This document shows positions 18,111-27,916 of a stretch of 34,091 bases of DNA, piece by piece (position 1 is the first letter of the stretch; every line of letters begins with the position of its first letter). The DNA comes from Candidatus Firestoneibacteriota bacterium (GTDB taxonomy: Bacteria > Oederibacteriota > D2-FULL-39-29 > JBDRBU01): positions 1 to 34,091 of the forward strand of contig JBDRBU010000048.1 of the NCBI GenBank assembly GCA_043822305.1, given 5' to 3'. The notes below the pieces were generated by a model. It had not been told where the DNA came from and ran no database searches. It was given only the letters and a program-made list of their open reading frames with translations. Position numbers and translations under genes: made by a program.

Positions 18111-20000
18111 ATGGGAGTACTTGATAAAATAAATTTTCCATCTGATTTAAAAAAATTAAATGAGCTGGAGTTAAAAAACCTGTGTAAAGAGTTAAGGGAG
18201 TTTGTTATAGGTGTTGTTTCAAAGACAGGTGGTCATTTAGCCTCTAATTTAGGGGTAGTTGAACTAACAGTTGCATTACATTACATATTTGATTTACCAA
18301 AAGATAAAATAATCTGGGATGTCGGTCATCAATCTTATGTTCATAAAATCCTAACAGGGAGAAAAGACAGATTTCATACTTTAAGACAATTCGGTGGAAT
18401 TAGTGGATTTCCCAAAAGGGCTGAAAGTGAATACGACTGTTTTAATACGGGTCATAGTGGAACATCAATTTCGGCTGCGCTTGGTCTGGCTACGGCCAGA
18501 GATTTAAAAAAGGAAGATTTTAAAGTTATAGCCGTAGTTGGAGATGCAAGTTTAAGTAATGGATTATCTTTAGAAGCAATTAATAATGCCGGTCACTTAA
18601 AAAAAGATTTAATAGTAATACTTAATGATAATGAAATGTCTATTTCGCCTAATGTTGGAGCGTTATCTTCATATCTTAACAAAGTAATTACAGGTGAGTT
18701 TTATAATCGCACAAAGGAAAAGGTAAAAAATTTAGTTTCCAAATATAATGTTTTAGGTGTCCCAGTTATTAGAGTAATGAAAGTAATAGAAGAAGGTGTA
18801 AAAGGATTAATTTCACCAGGAATATTATTTGAAGAATTAGGATTTAGATATATTGGGCCTGTTGATGGTCATAATATTAATTTATTGATGGAGACTCTGA
18901 AAAGTATAAAAAAGTTTAAAGAGCCAATTCTTTTGCATATATTAACAAAAAAAGGGAAAGGGTATGACCCGGCAGAAAGTGACCCTACTTCTTTTCATGG
19001 TACCCCTGCTTTTGAAATAGAAAGTGGAGAAGTAAATTCTAAGAAGATTAAAACATATACAGATGCTTTTTCCGAAGAGATTATTAGAATTGCTAAAAAG
19101 AATAAAAAAATCATAGCCATAACAGCCGCCATGTCTACTGGAACCGGGCTTGATAAATTTCGAGCGAGTTTTCCAGACAGGTTTTTTGATGTGGGGATTG
19201 CCGAAGAACATGCCGTAACATTTGCGGCCGGACTAGCTATCTCAGGATTTAAGCCAGTTGTAGCCATATATTCTACATTTTTACAAAGAGCATATGATGA
19301 AATAATTCATGATGTCTGCCTGCAAAATTTACCAGTAATATTTATAATTGATAGAGCCGGGATAGTAGGTGAAGATGGCGAGACACATCAAGGGACTTTT
19401 GATTTATCTTACTTAAGACACATGCCAAATATGATAATTATGTCTCCAGCTGATGAGTCTGAGTTTAAAAATATGCTTAAATTTGCAGTTAAATTAAATT
19501 CTCCTGTGGCTATAAGATATCCAAGATGTAAAATTGTAGTTAAGAGAATAAGTGGAAAAAGTAGTTTAAGTCTTGGAAAATCTGCCTTTGTAAAAGATGG
19601 GAAAAAAATTTGCATCCTTGTCGTTGGTAGTTTATTAAACGAAGTATTAGAGGGAGCAGAGGAATTAGAAAAAGAAGGAATAAATATTGGTATTATTAAT
19701 GTGAGGTTCATCAAACCTTTAGATGAAAAGTTATTAAGAAATTTGCAATTAAAATTTAAAAAAATTATTATCATGGAAGAAAATGTAATAGCCGGAGGAT
19801 ACGGTAGTAGTGTGCTTGAGTTTGTGAACAAAGAAGGGTTGGATTTGGATATAAAAATTATAGGATTTCCCGATAAATTTATTGAGAATGGTAATAGAAA
19901 CTTGCTTTTAGATAAATATGGTTTAAGTAAAAGAAATATAATTAAAATAGTAAAGGAGGCGACCGAAGGAAGTCCCCGTGGGACGACCAAAAAAATATGA
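18111..20000 (+). CDS. dxs: 1-deoxy-D-xylulose-5-phosphate synthase
   Basis: GGHLASNLG, WDVGHQ, GDASL, NDNEMSI, DVGIAEEHAV, YSTFLQRAYD, DRAG. Confidence 0.97.
   Translation: MGVLDKINFPSDLKKLNELELKNLCKELREFVIGVVSKTGGHLASNLGVVELTVALHYIFDLPKDKIIWDVGHQSYVHKILTGRKDRFHTLRQFGGISGFPKRAESEYDCFNTGHSGTSISAALGLATARDLKKEDFKVIAVVGDASLSNGLSLEAINNAGHLKKDLIVILNDNEMSISPNVGALSSYLNKVITGEFYNRTKEKVKNLVSKYNVLGVPVIRVMKVIEEGVKGLISPGILFEELGFRYIGPVDGHNINLLMETLKSIKKFKEPILLHILTKKGKGYDPAESDPTSFHGTPAFEIESGEVNSKKIKTYTDAFSEEIIRIAKKNKKIIAITAAMSTGTGLDKFRASFPDRFFDVGIAEEHAVTFAAGLAISGFKPVVAIYSTFLQRAYDEIIHDVCLQNLPVIFIIDRAGIVGEDGETHQGTFDLSYLRHMPNMIIMSPADESEFKNMLKFAVKLNSPVAIRYPRCKIVVKRISGKSSLSLGKSAFVKDGKKICILVVGSLLNEVLEGAEELEKEGINIGIINVRFIKPLDEKLLRNLQLKFKKIIIMEENVIAGGYGSSVLEFVNKEGLDLDIKIIGFPDKFIENGNRNLLLDKYGLSKRNIIKIVKEATEGSPRGTTKKI
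19960..19988. repeat. 24-bp GC-rich insertion in the dxs 3' end
   Basis: CGACC-GAAGGAAGTCCCCGTGGGA-CGACC; direct repeats 24 bp apart; GTCCC/GGGAC hairpin. Confidence 0.55.
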
Positions 20001-20860
20001 AATCAGTATTTATTATGGCCAATATAAATAAACCCAAAGTGAAAGAAGTTGCAAACAAACTAATTAAGTGGTTTAATAAAAGAAAAATAAAAGTATATCT
20101 TGATCATAGTCTTGCAAAATTGTTAAAGAAAAAAAGAAAAGAAAAAGTATGTTTTGATAAAAGCATTTCATATCGAAATTTAAAAGTTGACCTTTATATT
20201 GCCTTAGGAGGAGATGGAACATTTCTTAATCTAATTAGAACTCAATATCCAACTTCTACACCAATTCTTGGTATTAATTTAGGATCCTTAGGATTTTTAA
20301 CAGAAGTAAAATTAGAAAATATGGAAAGAGTTTTAGAAAATCTGATTAAAGAGAACTATAATATAGAAGAAAGAATGATTTTAGAAGGCGTGATAAATAA
20401 TAAAAAAGTAGCAGCCTTAAACGAGATAGTCATCTCAGGTCTAAAAGGAAGATTAATAAAATTAAGGATGCAGATTTTAAATTATGAGTATGAAACTACT
20501 TACAATGCAGATGGTTTAATAATCTCCACGCCAACTGGTTCTACGGCATATTCATTATCAGCCGGAGGTCCTATTGTTAATCCTAAAGTAAATGGGATCA
20601 TAATAACTCCAATATGTCCACACACATTAACCAATAGACCGGTTGTTGTCTCGGATGATAGTAAAATAAAAATAACTATACGCAGGCTAAAGCCTGCGAC
20701 TACAAATGAGAAAGCAAAGATTGTTGCAGACGGGGAACAGAAAAATTATTATTTAAAAGGAAATAATTCTATTATAATAAAAAAATCAAATTATCCTGTA
20801 AAATTAGTAATACCTTTTAAAAACAGTTATTACAAAATCTTAAGAGAAAAACTCTACTGA
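19997..20860 (+). CDS. nadK: NAD kinase
   Basis: GGDGT, GINLGSLGFL, LNE, DGLIISTPTGSTAYSLSAGGP, PICPH. Confidence 0.96.
   Translation: MKSVFIMANINKPKVKEVANKLIKWFNKRKIKVYLDHSLAKLLKKKRKEKVCFDKSISYRNLKVDLYIALGGDGTFLNLIRTQYPTSTPILGINLGSLGFLTEVKLENMERVLENLIKENYNIEERMILEGVINNKKVAALNEIVISGLKGRLIKLRMQILNYEYETTYNADGLIISTPTGSTAYSLSAGGPIVNPKVNGIIITPICPHTLTNRPVVVSDDSKIKITIRRLKPATTNEKAKIVADGEQKNYYLKGNNSIIIKKSNYPVKLVIPFKNSYYKILREKLY
20681..20703 (-). repeat. GTAG-type REP palindrome inside nadK
   Basis: Minus strand GTAGT-CGCAGGC-TTTA-GCCTGCG; 20680-20706 is identical to intergenic 26384-26410. Confidence 0.85.
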
Positions 20861-21006
20861 GAAAAAAAGGGGTCAGAGTCAATTATGAACTAAAATCCAA
20901 AAATCTCTTTCTTTATCATTTTTACCTGTACCCGTAAGGGTATACTTTCCTGTACAGCAAATGAAGTAAAGAAAGAAAAGAAAAATAAACAAGGAGAAAT
21001 ATTATA

Positions 21007-22560
21007 GTGAATAAAACGATATCAGAACTTGAAAAGCGTTTATGGGATGTGGCAGATGAGTTAAGGGCGAATTCAGATTTAAAACCTGCTGAATATTCTT
21101 CACCTGTATTAGGGCTTATATTCTTGCGGTATGCTGATTATCGGTTTTCAAAACAGGAGAAAATCATAAAAGAAAAGAGTGCTGGTCGTAGAAAGATAGG
21201 TAAAACTGATTATCAGGCAACCGGGGTTATGTTTCTACCAGGAGAAGCCAGATTTCAGTATCTTTTAGGGCTTCCGGAAGACAAGGATATAGGCAAAGCC
21301 ATAAATGAAGCGATGAATGCTATTGAAAAGGAAAATGAAGAATTAAAAGGGATACTTCCTAAAACATATAATCGATTTCCTAATAGTTTACTTGTTGAGT
21401 TACTTAAAGTAATGTCTTCTATCCCGACAGATATTGAAGGTGATACGTTTGGTAAAATATACGAATATTTTCTTGGGAATTTTGCTATGACTGAAGGCCA
21501 AAAGGGTGGTGAATATTTTACTCCAACATCCGTAGTTAAACTTATTGTATCCGTTATAGAACCATTTCATGGAAAAATATTTGACCCGGCAAGTGGAAGT
21601 GGTGGTATGTTTGTTCAGAGTGCTGAATTTGTAGAAGAACACAAGAAAAAAGCAATAGAAGAAATAAGTATCTATGGACAGGAAAATGTAAGGGAAACTG
21701 TAAATTTATGTAAAATGAACCTTGCTGTTCATGGACTTTCTGGAGACATTCTAAAAGGAAATTCATATTATGAAGATTTGCATGATTTGGTTGGCAAATT
21801 TGACTTTGTAATGGCTAATCCTCCGTTTAATGTTGACAGGATTGACAAGGACAGAATAAAGAATGATAAAAAGCGGTTTCCTTTTGGGATGCCGAATGTA
21901 GATAACGGTAATTACATTTGGATACAACTTTTTTGTAGTGCTCTTAACGAAAAGGGTAGAGCGGGTTTTGTTATGGCAAATTCTGCTGCTGATGCAAGGG
22001 CATCTGAACTAGAAATACGAAAGAAACTAATAAACGATAATGCAGTTGATGTAATGATTGCTGTTGGATCAAACTTTTTTTATACTGTTACACTACCTTG
22101 TACTTTGTGGTTTTTGGATAGAGGTAAGAAAAAGAGTGATAGAAAAGACAAGGTTTTATTCATTGATGCAAGAAAAATATTCAATCAGATAGACAGGGCT
22201 CATAGAGAATTTTTACCCGAACAAATAGAGTTTATAGCAAATATAGTTCGTTTGTACCATAATGAAAAAGTTGAAACAATTCATGGTAGCGAAAAAGAAA
22301 CAAAAGAAAAGTTTCCAAAAGGCAAGTATCAAGATATAATGGGGTTGTGTAAAGTAGCAACGATAAAAAATATTGAAGAACAGGGTTGGAGTTTAAATCC
22401 AGGTAGATATGTGGGAGTTTCAGAAAGAGAAAAAGACGACTTTAATTTTAAAGAAAAACTGGAAGAGTTGAATGAAGAATTGAAAAAGTTAAATACGGAA
22501 GCAAAGAAATTAGAAAAGCAAGTATCAGAAAATGCTGCAAAGATATTGGAGATAAAATGA
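21007..22560 (+). CDS. hsdM: Type I restriction-modification methyltransferase subunit M
   Basis: [45 protein letters not shown]. Confidence 0.95.
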   Translation: MNKTISELEKRLWDVADELRANSDLKPAEYSSPVLGLIFLRYADYRFSKQEKIIKEKSAGRRKIGKTDYQATGVMFLPGEARFQYLLGLPEDKDIGKAINEAMNAIEKENEELKGILPKTYNRFPNSLLVELLKVMSSIPTDIEGDTFGKIYEYFLGNFAMTEGQKGGEYFTPTSVVKLIVSVIEPFHGKIFDPASGSGGMFVQSAEFVEEHKKKAIEEISIYGQENVRETVNLCKMNLAVHGLSGDILKGNSYYEDLHDLVGKFDFVMANPPFNVDRIDKDRIKNDKKRFPFGMPNVDNGNYIWIQLFCSALNEKGRAGFVMANSAADARASELEIRKKLINDNAVDVMIAVGSNFFYTVTLPCTLWFLDRGKKKSDRKDKVLFIDARKIFNQIDRAHREFLPEQIEFIANIVRLYHNEKVETIHGSEKETKEKFPKGKYQDIMGLCKVATIKNIEEQGWSLNPGRYVGVSEREKDDFNFKEKLEELNEELKKLNTEAKKLEKQVSENAAKILEIK

Positions 22561-23582
22561 CTAAAAAGTTAATGGCTATCCAATCTTATGTAACTGTTCT
22601 TGAAGAATTAAAAACAAAAATCAGACAGGCACAGCAAAAGGCATCTCTTTCAGTCAATAAAGAACTTATACTTTTGTATTGGGACATTGGTAATACAATA
22701 TTAGAGCAACAAAAAAATCAGGGATGGGGTGCTAAGGTAATAGACCATTTATCAAAAGATTTAACCATGAGTTTTTCAAATATGAAAGGATTTTCTCCTC
22801 GCAATCTAAAATATATGAGGAAATTTGCTGAATCTTATTCCAATAAATCATTTGTGCAACAGCTTGTTGCACAAATTCCATGGGGACATAATGTACGAAT
22901 ACTTGATTATGTGGAAAACCATAAGGAAAGAATTTGGTACATCAATCAGACCATAAAAAACGGATGGTCACGCAATGTCCTTGTTCATCAGATTGAAAGT
23001 AGATTATATCAAAGACAAAAAGGTGATCATAAAATAACTAACTTCAAGAGAACATTACCTTTACCACAATCAGATCTTGCACAACAGACAATCAAAGACC
23101 CTTATGTTTTTGATTTCCTTAATATTACTCAGGATGTAAAAGAATTGGAATTACATAAAGGATTGGTGCAACATATAACTAAGTTCTTGTTAGAACTTGG
23201 TGCCGGGTTTGCTTTTGTAGGAAGTCAACACCATATAGAAGTTTCAGGGAAGGATTTTTATATAGACCTTCTTTTTTATCACTTGAAACTACGATGTTAT
23301 GTGATTGTTGAACTCAAAACAGGGGAATTTAAACCAGAATATGCTGGACAGTTAAATTTTTATCTTTCTGCAGTAGATAGCCAGATAAAAAGTAAAAACG
23401 ACAATCCAACTATTGGTATAATACTATGTAAAAAGAAAGATAAAATTATTGTTGAATATGCCTTGAGAAGTATGGCAAAACCAATGGGTGTTTCAGAATA
23501 TAAACTTTCTCGTACTATACCGGAAAAGTTACGCAAAGCACTGCCGACAGCAAAGGAAATTGAAGTAGAATTAAGTTCATAA
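22557..23582 (+). CDS. YhcG/DUF1016 PD-(D/E)XK nuclease-family protein
   Basis: [61 protein letters not shown]. Confidence 0.93.
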   Translation: MTKKLMAIQSYVTVLEELKTKIRQAQQKASLSVNKELILLYWDIGNTILEQQKNQGWGAKVIDHLSKDLTMSFSNMKGFSPRNLKYMRKFAESYSNKSFVQQLVAQIPWGHNVRILDYVENHKERIWYINQTIKNGWSRNVLVHQIESRLYQRQKGDHKITNFKRTLPLPQSDLAQQTIKDPYVFDFLNITQDVKELELHKGLVQHITKFLLELGAGFAFVGSQHHIEVSGKDFYIDLLFYHLKLRCYVIVELKTGEFKPEYAGQLNFYLSAVDSQIKSKNDNPTIGIILCKKKDKIIVEYALRSMAKPMGVSEYKLSRTIPEKLRKALPTAKEIEVELSS

Positions 23583-23589
23583 AAATTAG

Positions 23590-23721
23590 AAACTACAAGA
23601 GTTAAATGAGGAGATGAAAAGATTATTTGAAAGATTTCCAACTTGTAATTGGGTTGATAATGATGGGTATAATAATATTGGTGATTGGATTGAATCAGCA
23701 GCAAAAAAATCAGAAAGGTAA
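23590..23721 (+). pseudogene. Chimeric remnant: HsdM-like tail joined to a TIR/DUF1863 (ThsB-like) C-terminus
   Basis: Translates KLQELNEEMKRL-FERFPTCNWVDNDGYNNIGDWIESAAKKSER*; the first part resembles [12 protein letters not shown] of the upstream HsdM, the second resembles the W..DGYNN.GDWIE.AA C-terminus of ThsB-like TIR proteins as I recall it. Confidence 0.55.
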
Positions 23722-23743
23722 AGCATAAAAGGAAAAAGTATAA

Positions 23744-23821
23744 ATGGAAAATAAGTGGAAAATCACAAAATTAGGTGACATTTGCAAATTTAATTACGGG
23801 AAGGGATTACCTAAGAAATAA
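23744..23821 (+). pseudogene. hsdS: N-terminal remnant of type I RM specificity subunit
   Basis: MENKWKITKLGDICKFNYGKGLPKK*: W...LGD...YGK.L start typical of HsdS, downstream of hsdM. Confidence 0.7.
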
Positions 23822-23854
23822 TATAGGTAAGGGTTGTAAAACTTGGAGGTTGTC

Positions 23855-25564
23855 TTGTCTCTTAGAGAACTACACATAAAAAATTTTGCACTTATAGATG
23901 ATTTAATAGTTGAATTTAAAAATGGATTTAATGTTTTAACAGGCGAGACCGGTGCAGGTAAATCAATTATAATAGATGCTGTTAATGCTATATTAGGGGA
24001 AAGAGTTAATTCTGATTTTGTAAAAACAGGGGAGAATTTAGCCATCGTCGAGGGTTTATTTGATAATGTGAGCAAGGAAGTCTTAGTAAAGTTAGAAGAA
24101 TCAGGTATTTATTCAGAAGAAGATTTAATTGTTAAAAGGGAGATACAAAGAGAAGGGAAAAGTAAAGGCTACATTAACAACAGTCTTGTTACTTTAGCCA
24201 CTTTAAAAAATATCGGGGAATATCTTGTTGATGTGCACGGTCAGCATGAACATCAAACACTTCTTAATCCAATTAATCAGCTTAATTTGTTGGATAGTTT
24301 TGCGAAATTAGAAAAAATGAAAGAGAACTATAAGGTAATTTATGTAAGATTTATGGAATTGATTAAGAAAAAAGATTCGTTAGTGATGAGCGAGCAGGAA
24401 AAACAAAGAAGAATGGACATTATAAATTTTCAGATTAAAGAGATAGAAACTGCTAAATTAAAAATTGGAGAAGATGAGGAGTTAGAGAACACAAGAAATA
24501 TTCTGGTTAATTCTGAAAAAATAGCAACAAATGTAAATGATATTTATAATCTGATTTATGGGGATGAGGCCACGGGCACATTAGGGCCATCTTCATTAAG
24601 TAATTTACAGGAGGCGTTAAAAAAACTGCAAAATTTAGTAAGTATTGATAAGTCGCTTGAAGGTGTTTTGAAAAATTTGGCTGGTGTAGTGTTAGAACTT
24701 GAAGAAGCAGCAAAAGGGATTTCAGATTATAAAGAAAAGATGGATTTTAACCCGGCTAAATTAGAGGAGATAGAAGACAGAAGAGATATAATCATCAGAC
24801 TAAAGAAAAAATACGGAGATAGTATAAATAGTATTCTGGAATACTATGAAAAATTAAAAAATGAATTAAAAGAAATAATTAGAAATGAAGAAGAAATTCA
24901 AAAAATAGAAAAAGATATTTTGGAATACAAGAAAGAACTAAAAAAGATTGGATTGGAATTGTCTGAAAAACGAAACAATGCCTCAAAAGATTTCGAGAAA
25001 AAAGTTATTAAAGAATTGGATGATCTGGGAATGCAAAAGACCCGATTTAAAGTTGAAATAAAACAATTTGAAAAAGAAGATGGATTGATAGAGATAAGTG
25101 GTAAGAGGTATGAGGTGTATAAAGACGGTCTTGATAAAATAACATTTTTAATATCTCCAAATGTAGGAGAAGAGTTAAAGCCATTAACGGAGATTGCCTC
25201 TGGTGGAGAACTCTCAAGGATCATGCTTGCTTTAAAAATAATTCTGGGTAGTTCTGATAAAATTCCAACCCTGATATTTGACGAGATAGATACAGGTCTA
25301 GGCGGGAACATGGGAAATGTAGTTGGAGAGAAGTTGTTAGAAGTTTCGAAACTCCATCAGGTAGTTTGTATAACGCATTTGCCACAAATTGCTGGATTTG
25401 CAGATGCTCATTTATTTGTTAAAAAAGAAGTAAAAGGAAATAAAACAGAAGTAACTCTTGAAACATTAGAAAAAGAGGGTAAAATAAAAGAAATTGCCCG
25501 AATGCTTGGCGGAGAAGATAAAGAAATAACTATAAAACACGCAAAAGAGTTGTTGAAAAAGTAA
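23855..25564 (+). CDS. recN: DNA repair protein RecN
   Basis: LTGETGAGKS, VHGQHE, ASGGELSR, FDEIDTG, ITHLPQIA, EIARML; likely start TTG 23855 after GGAGG. Confidence 0.96.
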   Translation: MSLRELHIKNFALIDDLIVEFKNGFNVLTGETGAGKSIIIDAVNAILGERVNSDFVKTGENLAIVEGLFDNVSKEVLVKLEESGIYSEEDLIVKREIQREGKSKGYINNSLVTLATLKNIGEYLVDVHGQHEHQTLLNPINQLNLLDSFAKLEKMKENYKVIYVRFMELIKKKDSLVMSEQEKQRRMDIINFQIKEIETAKLKIGEDEELENTRNILVNSEKIATNVNDIYNLIYGDEATGTLGPSSLSNLQEALKKLQNLVSIDKSLEGVLKNLAGVVLELEEAAKGISDYKEKMDFNPAKLEEIEDRRDIIIRLKKKYGDSINSILEYYEKLKNELKEIIRNEEEIQKIEKDILEYKKELKKIGLELSEKRNNASKDFEKKVIKELDDLGMQKTRFKVEIKQFEKEDGLIEISGKRYEVYKDGLDKITFLISPNVGEELKPLTEIASGGELSRIMLALKIILGSSDKIPTLIFDEIDTGLGGNMGNVVGEKLLEVSKLHQVVCITHLPQIAGFADAHLFVKKEVKGNKTEVTLETLEKEGKIKEIARMLGGEDKEITIKHAKELLKK

Positions 25565-25569
25565 TTTAG

Positions 25570-25598
25570 TTGACATTTATTACAGTAAATTATAAAAT
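25570..25598 (+). promoter_or_regulatory. Promoter for the type II TA pair
   Basis: TTGACA-17 bp-TAAAAT. Confidence 0.6.
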
Positions 25599-25660
25599 TA
25601 TAAATGAGGAAAGGTTATTATATAATTTTAAACTTTTCAGATTAAAAAAAAGGGGGTATC

Positions 25661-25849
25661 ATGATTATAGCTAAACAGCAAATTTTTGAACTGATAAAAG
25701 ATTTACCCAAGAAAATAGATATTGATGAGGTTATGTATCGGCTTTATCTCAAACAAAAACTTGAAACTGCTGAAAAAGATGTTAGAGAAGGTCGTCTTAT
25801 TTCACATGAGAAAGTTGTAAAGGAGACCTCTAAGTGGTTCGAAAAATAA
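25661..25849 (+). CDS. Putative antitoxin
   Basis: 62 aa, LIKDLP...DEVMYRLY...DVREGRLISHEKV, overlapping a RelE/ParE toxin. Confidence 0.75.
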   Translation: MIIAKQQIFELIKDLPKKIDIDEVMYRLYLKQKLETAEKDVREGRLISHEKVVKETSKWFEK

Positions 25850-26130
25850 ATTGGACAATACGAGCGCTTAACGATTTACAAGATATTTATGGGTTTATTG
25901 CAAAAGATTCAAAGCGATATGCTCAAATACAGATTGAAAATATTCAAAATGCAGTTTTGAACCTTATTAGTTTTCCATTGATGGGACATAACTTGCCTGA
26001 ATTTTCACATTTGCCATATAGAGAAATTTTAGTTGATAACTATAGAATTATTTATAGACTTGAAAAAGATATTGTAATCATAATGCTTGTAGTACATGGT
26101 CGCCGTTTAATCAAAAAGATATTAAAATAA
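25834..26130 (+). CDS. RelE/ParE family toxin
   Basis: WTIRALNDLQDIYGFIAKDS, FPLMG, YREILVDNYRIIYR, VVHGRR. Confidence 0.88.
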   Translation: MVRKINWTIRALNDLQDIYGFIAKDSKRYAQIQIENIQNAVLNLISFPLMGHNLPEFSHLPYREILVDNYRIIYRLEKDIVIIMLVVHGRRLIKKILK

Positions 26131-26202
26131 GAATTAAAAAATCTTGTTCAGGCAATATTTTTAATATCTGCAAATTAAAACATGTAAAGGAGTTATTTAA
26201 AA

Positions 26203-26340
26203 ATGGAAAATAGTCAGAAAATAAAAGATTTGCCAAAAGTTGAAAGGCCTAGAGAAAAATTAATTCAATATGGACCAGAAAAAATTTTAAAAAATTTCAA
26301 AATATTTAAGGTGGCGGATTACCTTGAAGAAAAAGTATAA
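26203..26340 (+). pseudogene. radC: RadC N-terminal fragment
   Basis: AAGGAG SD then MENSQKIKDLPKVERPREKLIQYGPEK..., ends at 45 aa; no JAB domain. Confidence 0.75.
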
Positions 26341-26384
26341 GTATGATAAAATAGCATTCTGTAAAGAGTTAGATTGATAAATCA

Positions 26385-26407
26385 CGCAGGCTAAAGCCTG
26401 CGACTAC
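26385..26407 (-). repeat. GTAG-type REP palindrome
   Basis: Identical to the copy inside nadK. Confidence 0.85.
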
Positions 26408-26432
26408 AAAAATAAGAAATTATACGAAAAAT

Positions 26433-27434
26433 ATGAAATACAGTATTCACAAAAAACTTTTTCTGACAATAGAAGAATTATTTAAAATTAAACCATGGGA
26501 ATTATTAGATAATGACGATATATTTGGTTTATCCTTAGAAGGTGAGATTTACTTTGTCTCCGTTATGGGTGGTGGTGGGATGGAGTATGGAGTGTTCTTA
26601 ATAAAAGGTTGGGAAGGTTATAAAACTTTTACCGATATGTTAAACAGAGAGATGGATGATGATACATTGATGAACAGGGCTCATATTCTTTCTGTAAATT
26701 TATCACGGAAAAAGGATGTTCCTCCAGAGTTTATTAATTATTATAAGAGATATATCAATAATAATTTTTTTATAAATCCAATTTTTATGGTTATGGTAAA
26801 AGAATCACTAAAAGTAGCCAGACTACCTCAAGATAATGAAGCTATAATACTTTATCTTTGTATAAAAACCATTATTACCCTATTTAACCAAAATCTTCTT
26901 GACCCTAAAACCCTTAAAGAAGATAATAAGATAAAAGTATTTGAAATAACTGAAGAAGGTTCAAATATTAACATTATTTCTAAATATGAGAATATTGTAA
27001 GTTTAAAGACAGAATCAGACGCTTTAGAGGTTGATGAAAAAACGCTAAACCAGATTAAAGCTCTTCCAAGATTACAGACGATCTATAATATGTCGGCTCC
27101 TATGGGTATAATGTCGATTAAAGATAAAATACCTCGCGTATTCTTTATTCACGATGATGTAAAAGATATTATCCTTGTTTCACAGGTTTTTTATGAAAAA
27201 GATTTAAAGAAAGGAGCATTTAATCTTTTAAAAGATGTATTCTTAGGTAAAAATTTTCTTCAACAGAAAGGATTACCACAAGAGATTAGAACAGATTCAA
27301 GATATCTATATGAAAATTTTAAACAAATATTAGGTTGTCTTGGTCTAGAAATAATTTGCGCTAGTTCTATTCCAAAAATAAAAGGGATAGTTGAGGAGAT
27401 GATACAATTTTTTTCTAAAACAAAACCCGATTAA
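26433..27434 (+). CDS. Hypothetical protein
   Basis: 333-aa ORF; PW...DDIFG...YFVSVMG...EYG N-terminus resembles an uncharacterised DUF family; function unknown. Confidence 0.7.
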   Translation: MKYSIHKKLFLTIEELFKIKPWELLDNDDIFGLSLEGEIYFVSVMGGGGMEYGVFLIKGWEGYKTFTDMLNREMDDDTLMNRAHILSVNLSRKKDVPPEFINYYKRYINNNFFINPIFMVMVKESLKVARLPQDNEAIILYLCIKTIITLFNQNLLDPKTLKEDNKIKVFEITEEGSNINIISKYENIVSLKTESDALEVDEKTLNQIKALPRLQTIYNMSAPMGIMSIKDKIPRVFFIHDDVKDIILVSQVFYEKDLKKGAFNLLKDVFLGKNFLQQKGLPQEIRTDSRYLYENFKQILGCLGLEIICASSIPKIKGIVEEMIQFFSKTKPD

Positions 27435-27466
27435 ATTTGACAGAGTTTTTAAAATGAGGAGGGGAT

Positions 27467-27916
27467 ATGGAAATTAAATTTACAGAAGAGCAGTATGAAA
27501 GTTTGATAAAGATAATATATTTAGGTGATTGGTTAGTTGATGCCATCCGTTTGGAGAAGGATCGTGTTAAAGAATTTGAAGAGATTGAACAATATGTTTA
27601 TTCGTTTCATGAAAAAGCTAAGTTGCAGAAATATATTAAATATGATCGCGAGATGAAAAAGTTTCATCCTACGAGTAAATTAGAAGAGGATTTAAATAAA
27701 TATATAGATGAATATGATGATGAAATTTTTCATGATGAATTAGTTAGCCGTTTATCAAGGCGTGATTTTATCAAAAAATACGGAATAGATAAAGTAAAAA
27801 AGATGAATTGGGAAAAACGCATAGAGGAAGAGGAACAATTTATTGAAAAATATGAAAAAGAATTTGAGAAAAACGGAGTTGAAAATTTAGAGATAAAACA
27901 TAGTGAAAAATCTTAA
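27467..27916 (+). CDS. Hypothetical acidic protein
   Basis: 149-aa ORF with strong GAGGAGG SD. Confidence 0.75.
   Translation: MEIKFTEEQYESLIKIIYLGDWLVDAIRLEKDRVKEFEEIEQYVYSFHEKAKLQKYIKYDREMKKFHPTSKLEEDLNKYIDEYDDEIFHDELVSRLSRRDFIKKYGIDKVKKMNWEKRIEEEEQFIEKYEKEFEKNGVENLEIKHSEKS

Noticed and set aside
24563..24592. GC-rich patch in recN (ATGTLGP) as a third coding insertion
   Set aside because: GGCCA repeats are 17 bp apart (not a multiple of 3), the hairpin is weak and there is no second copy in the window
998..25311. Antisense and overlapping ORFs in the track (e.g. 2281-2700, 5769-6152, 9769-10206, 19409-19990, 24898-25311)
   Set aside because: Shadow frames of well-supported genes, low-complexity Ser/Phe/Ile composition, no motifs
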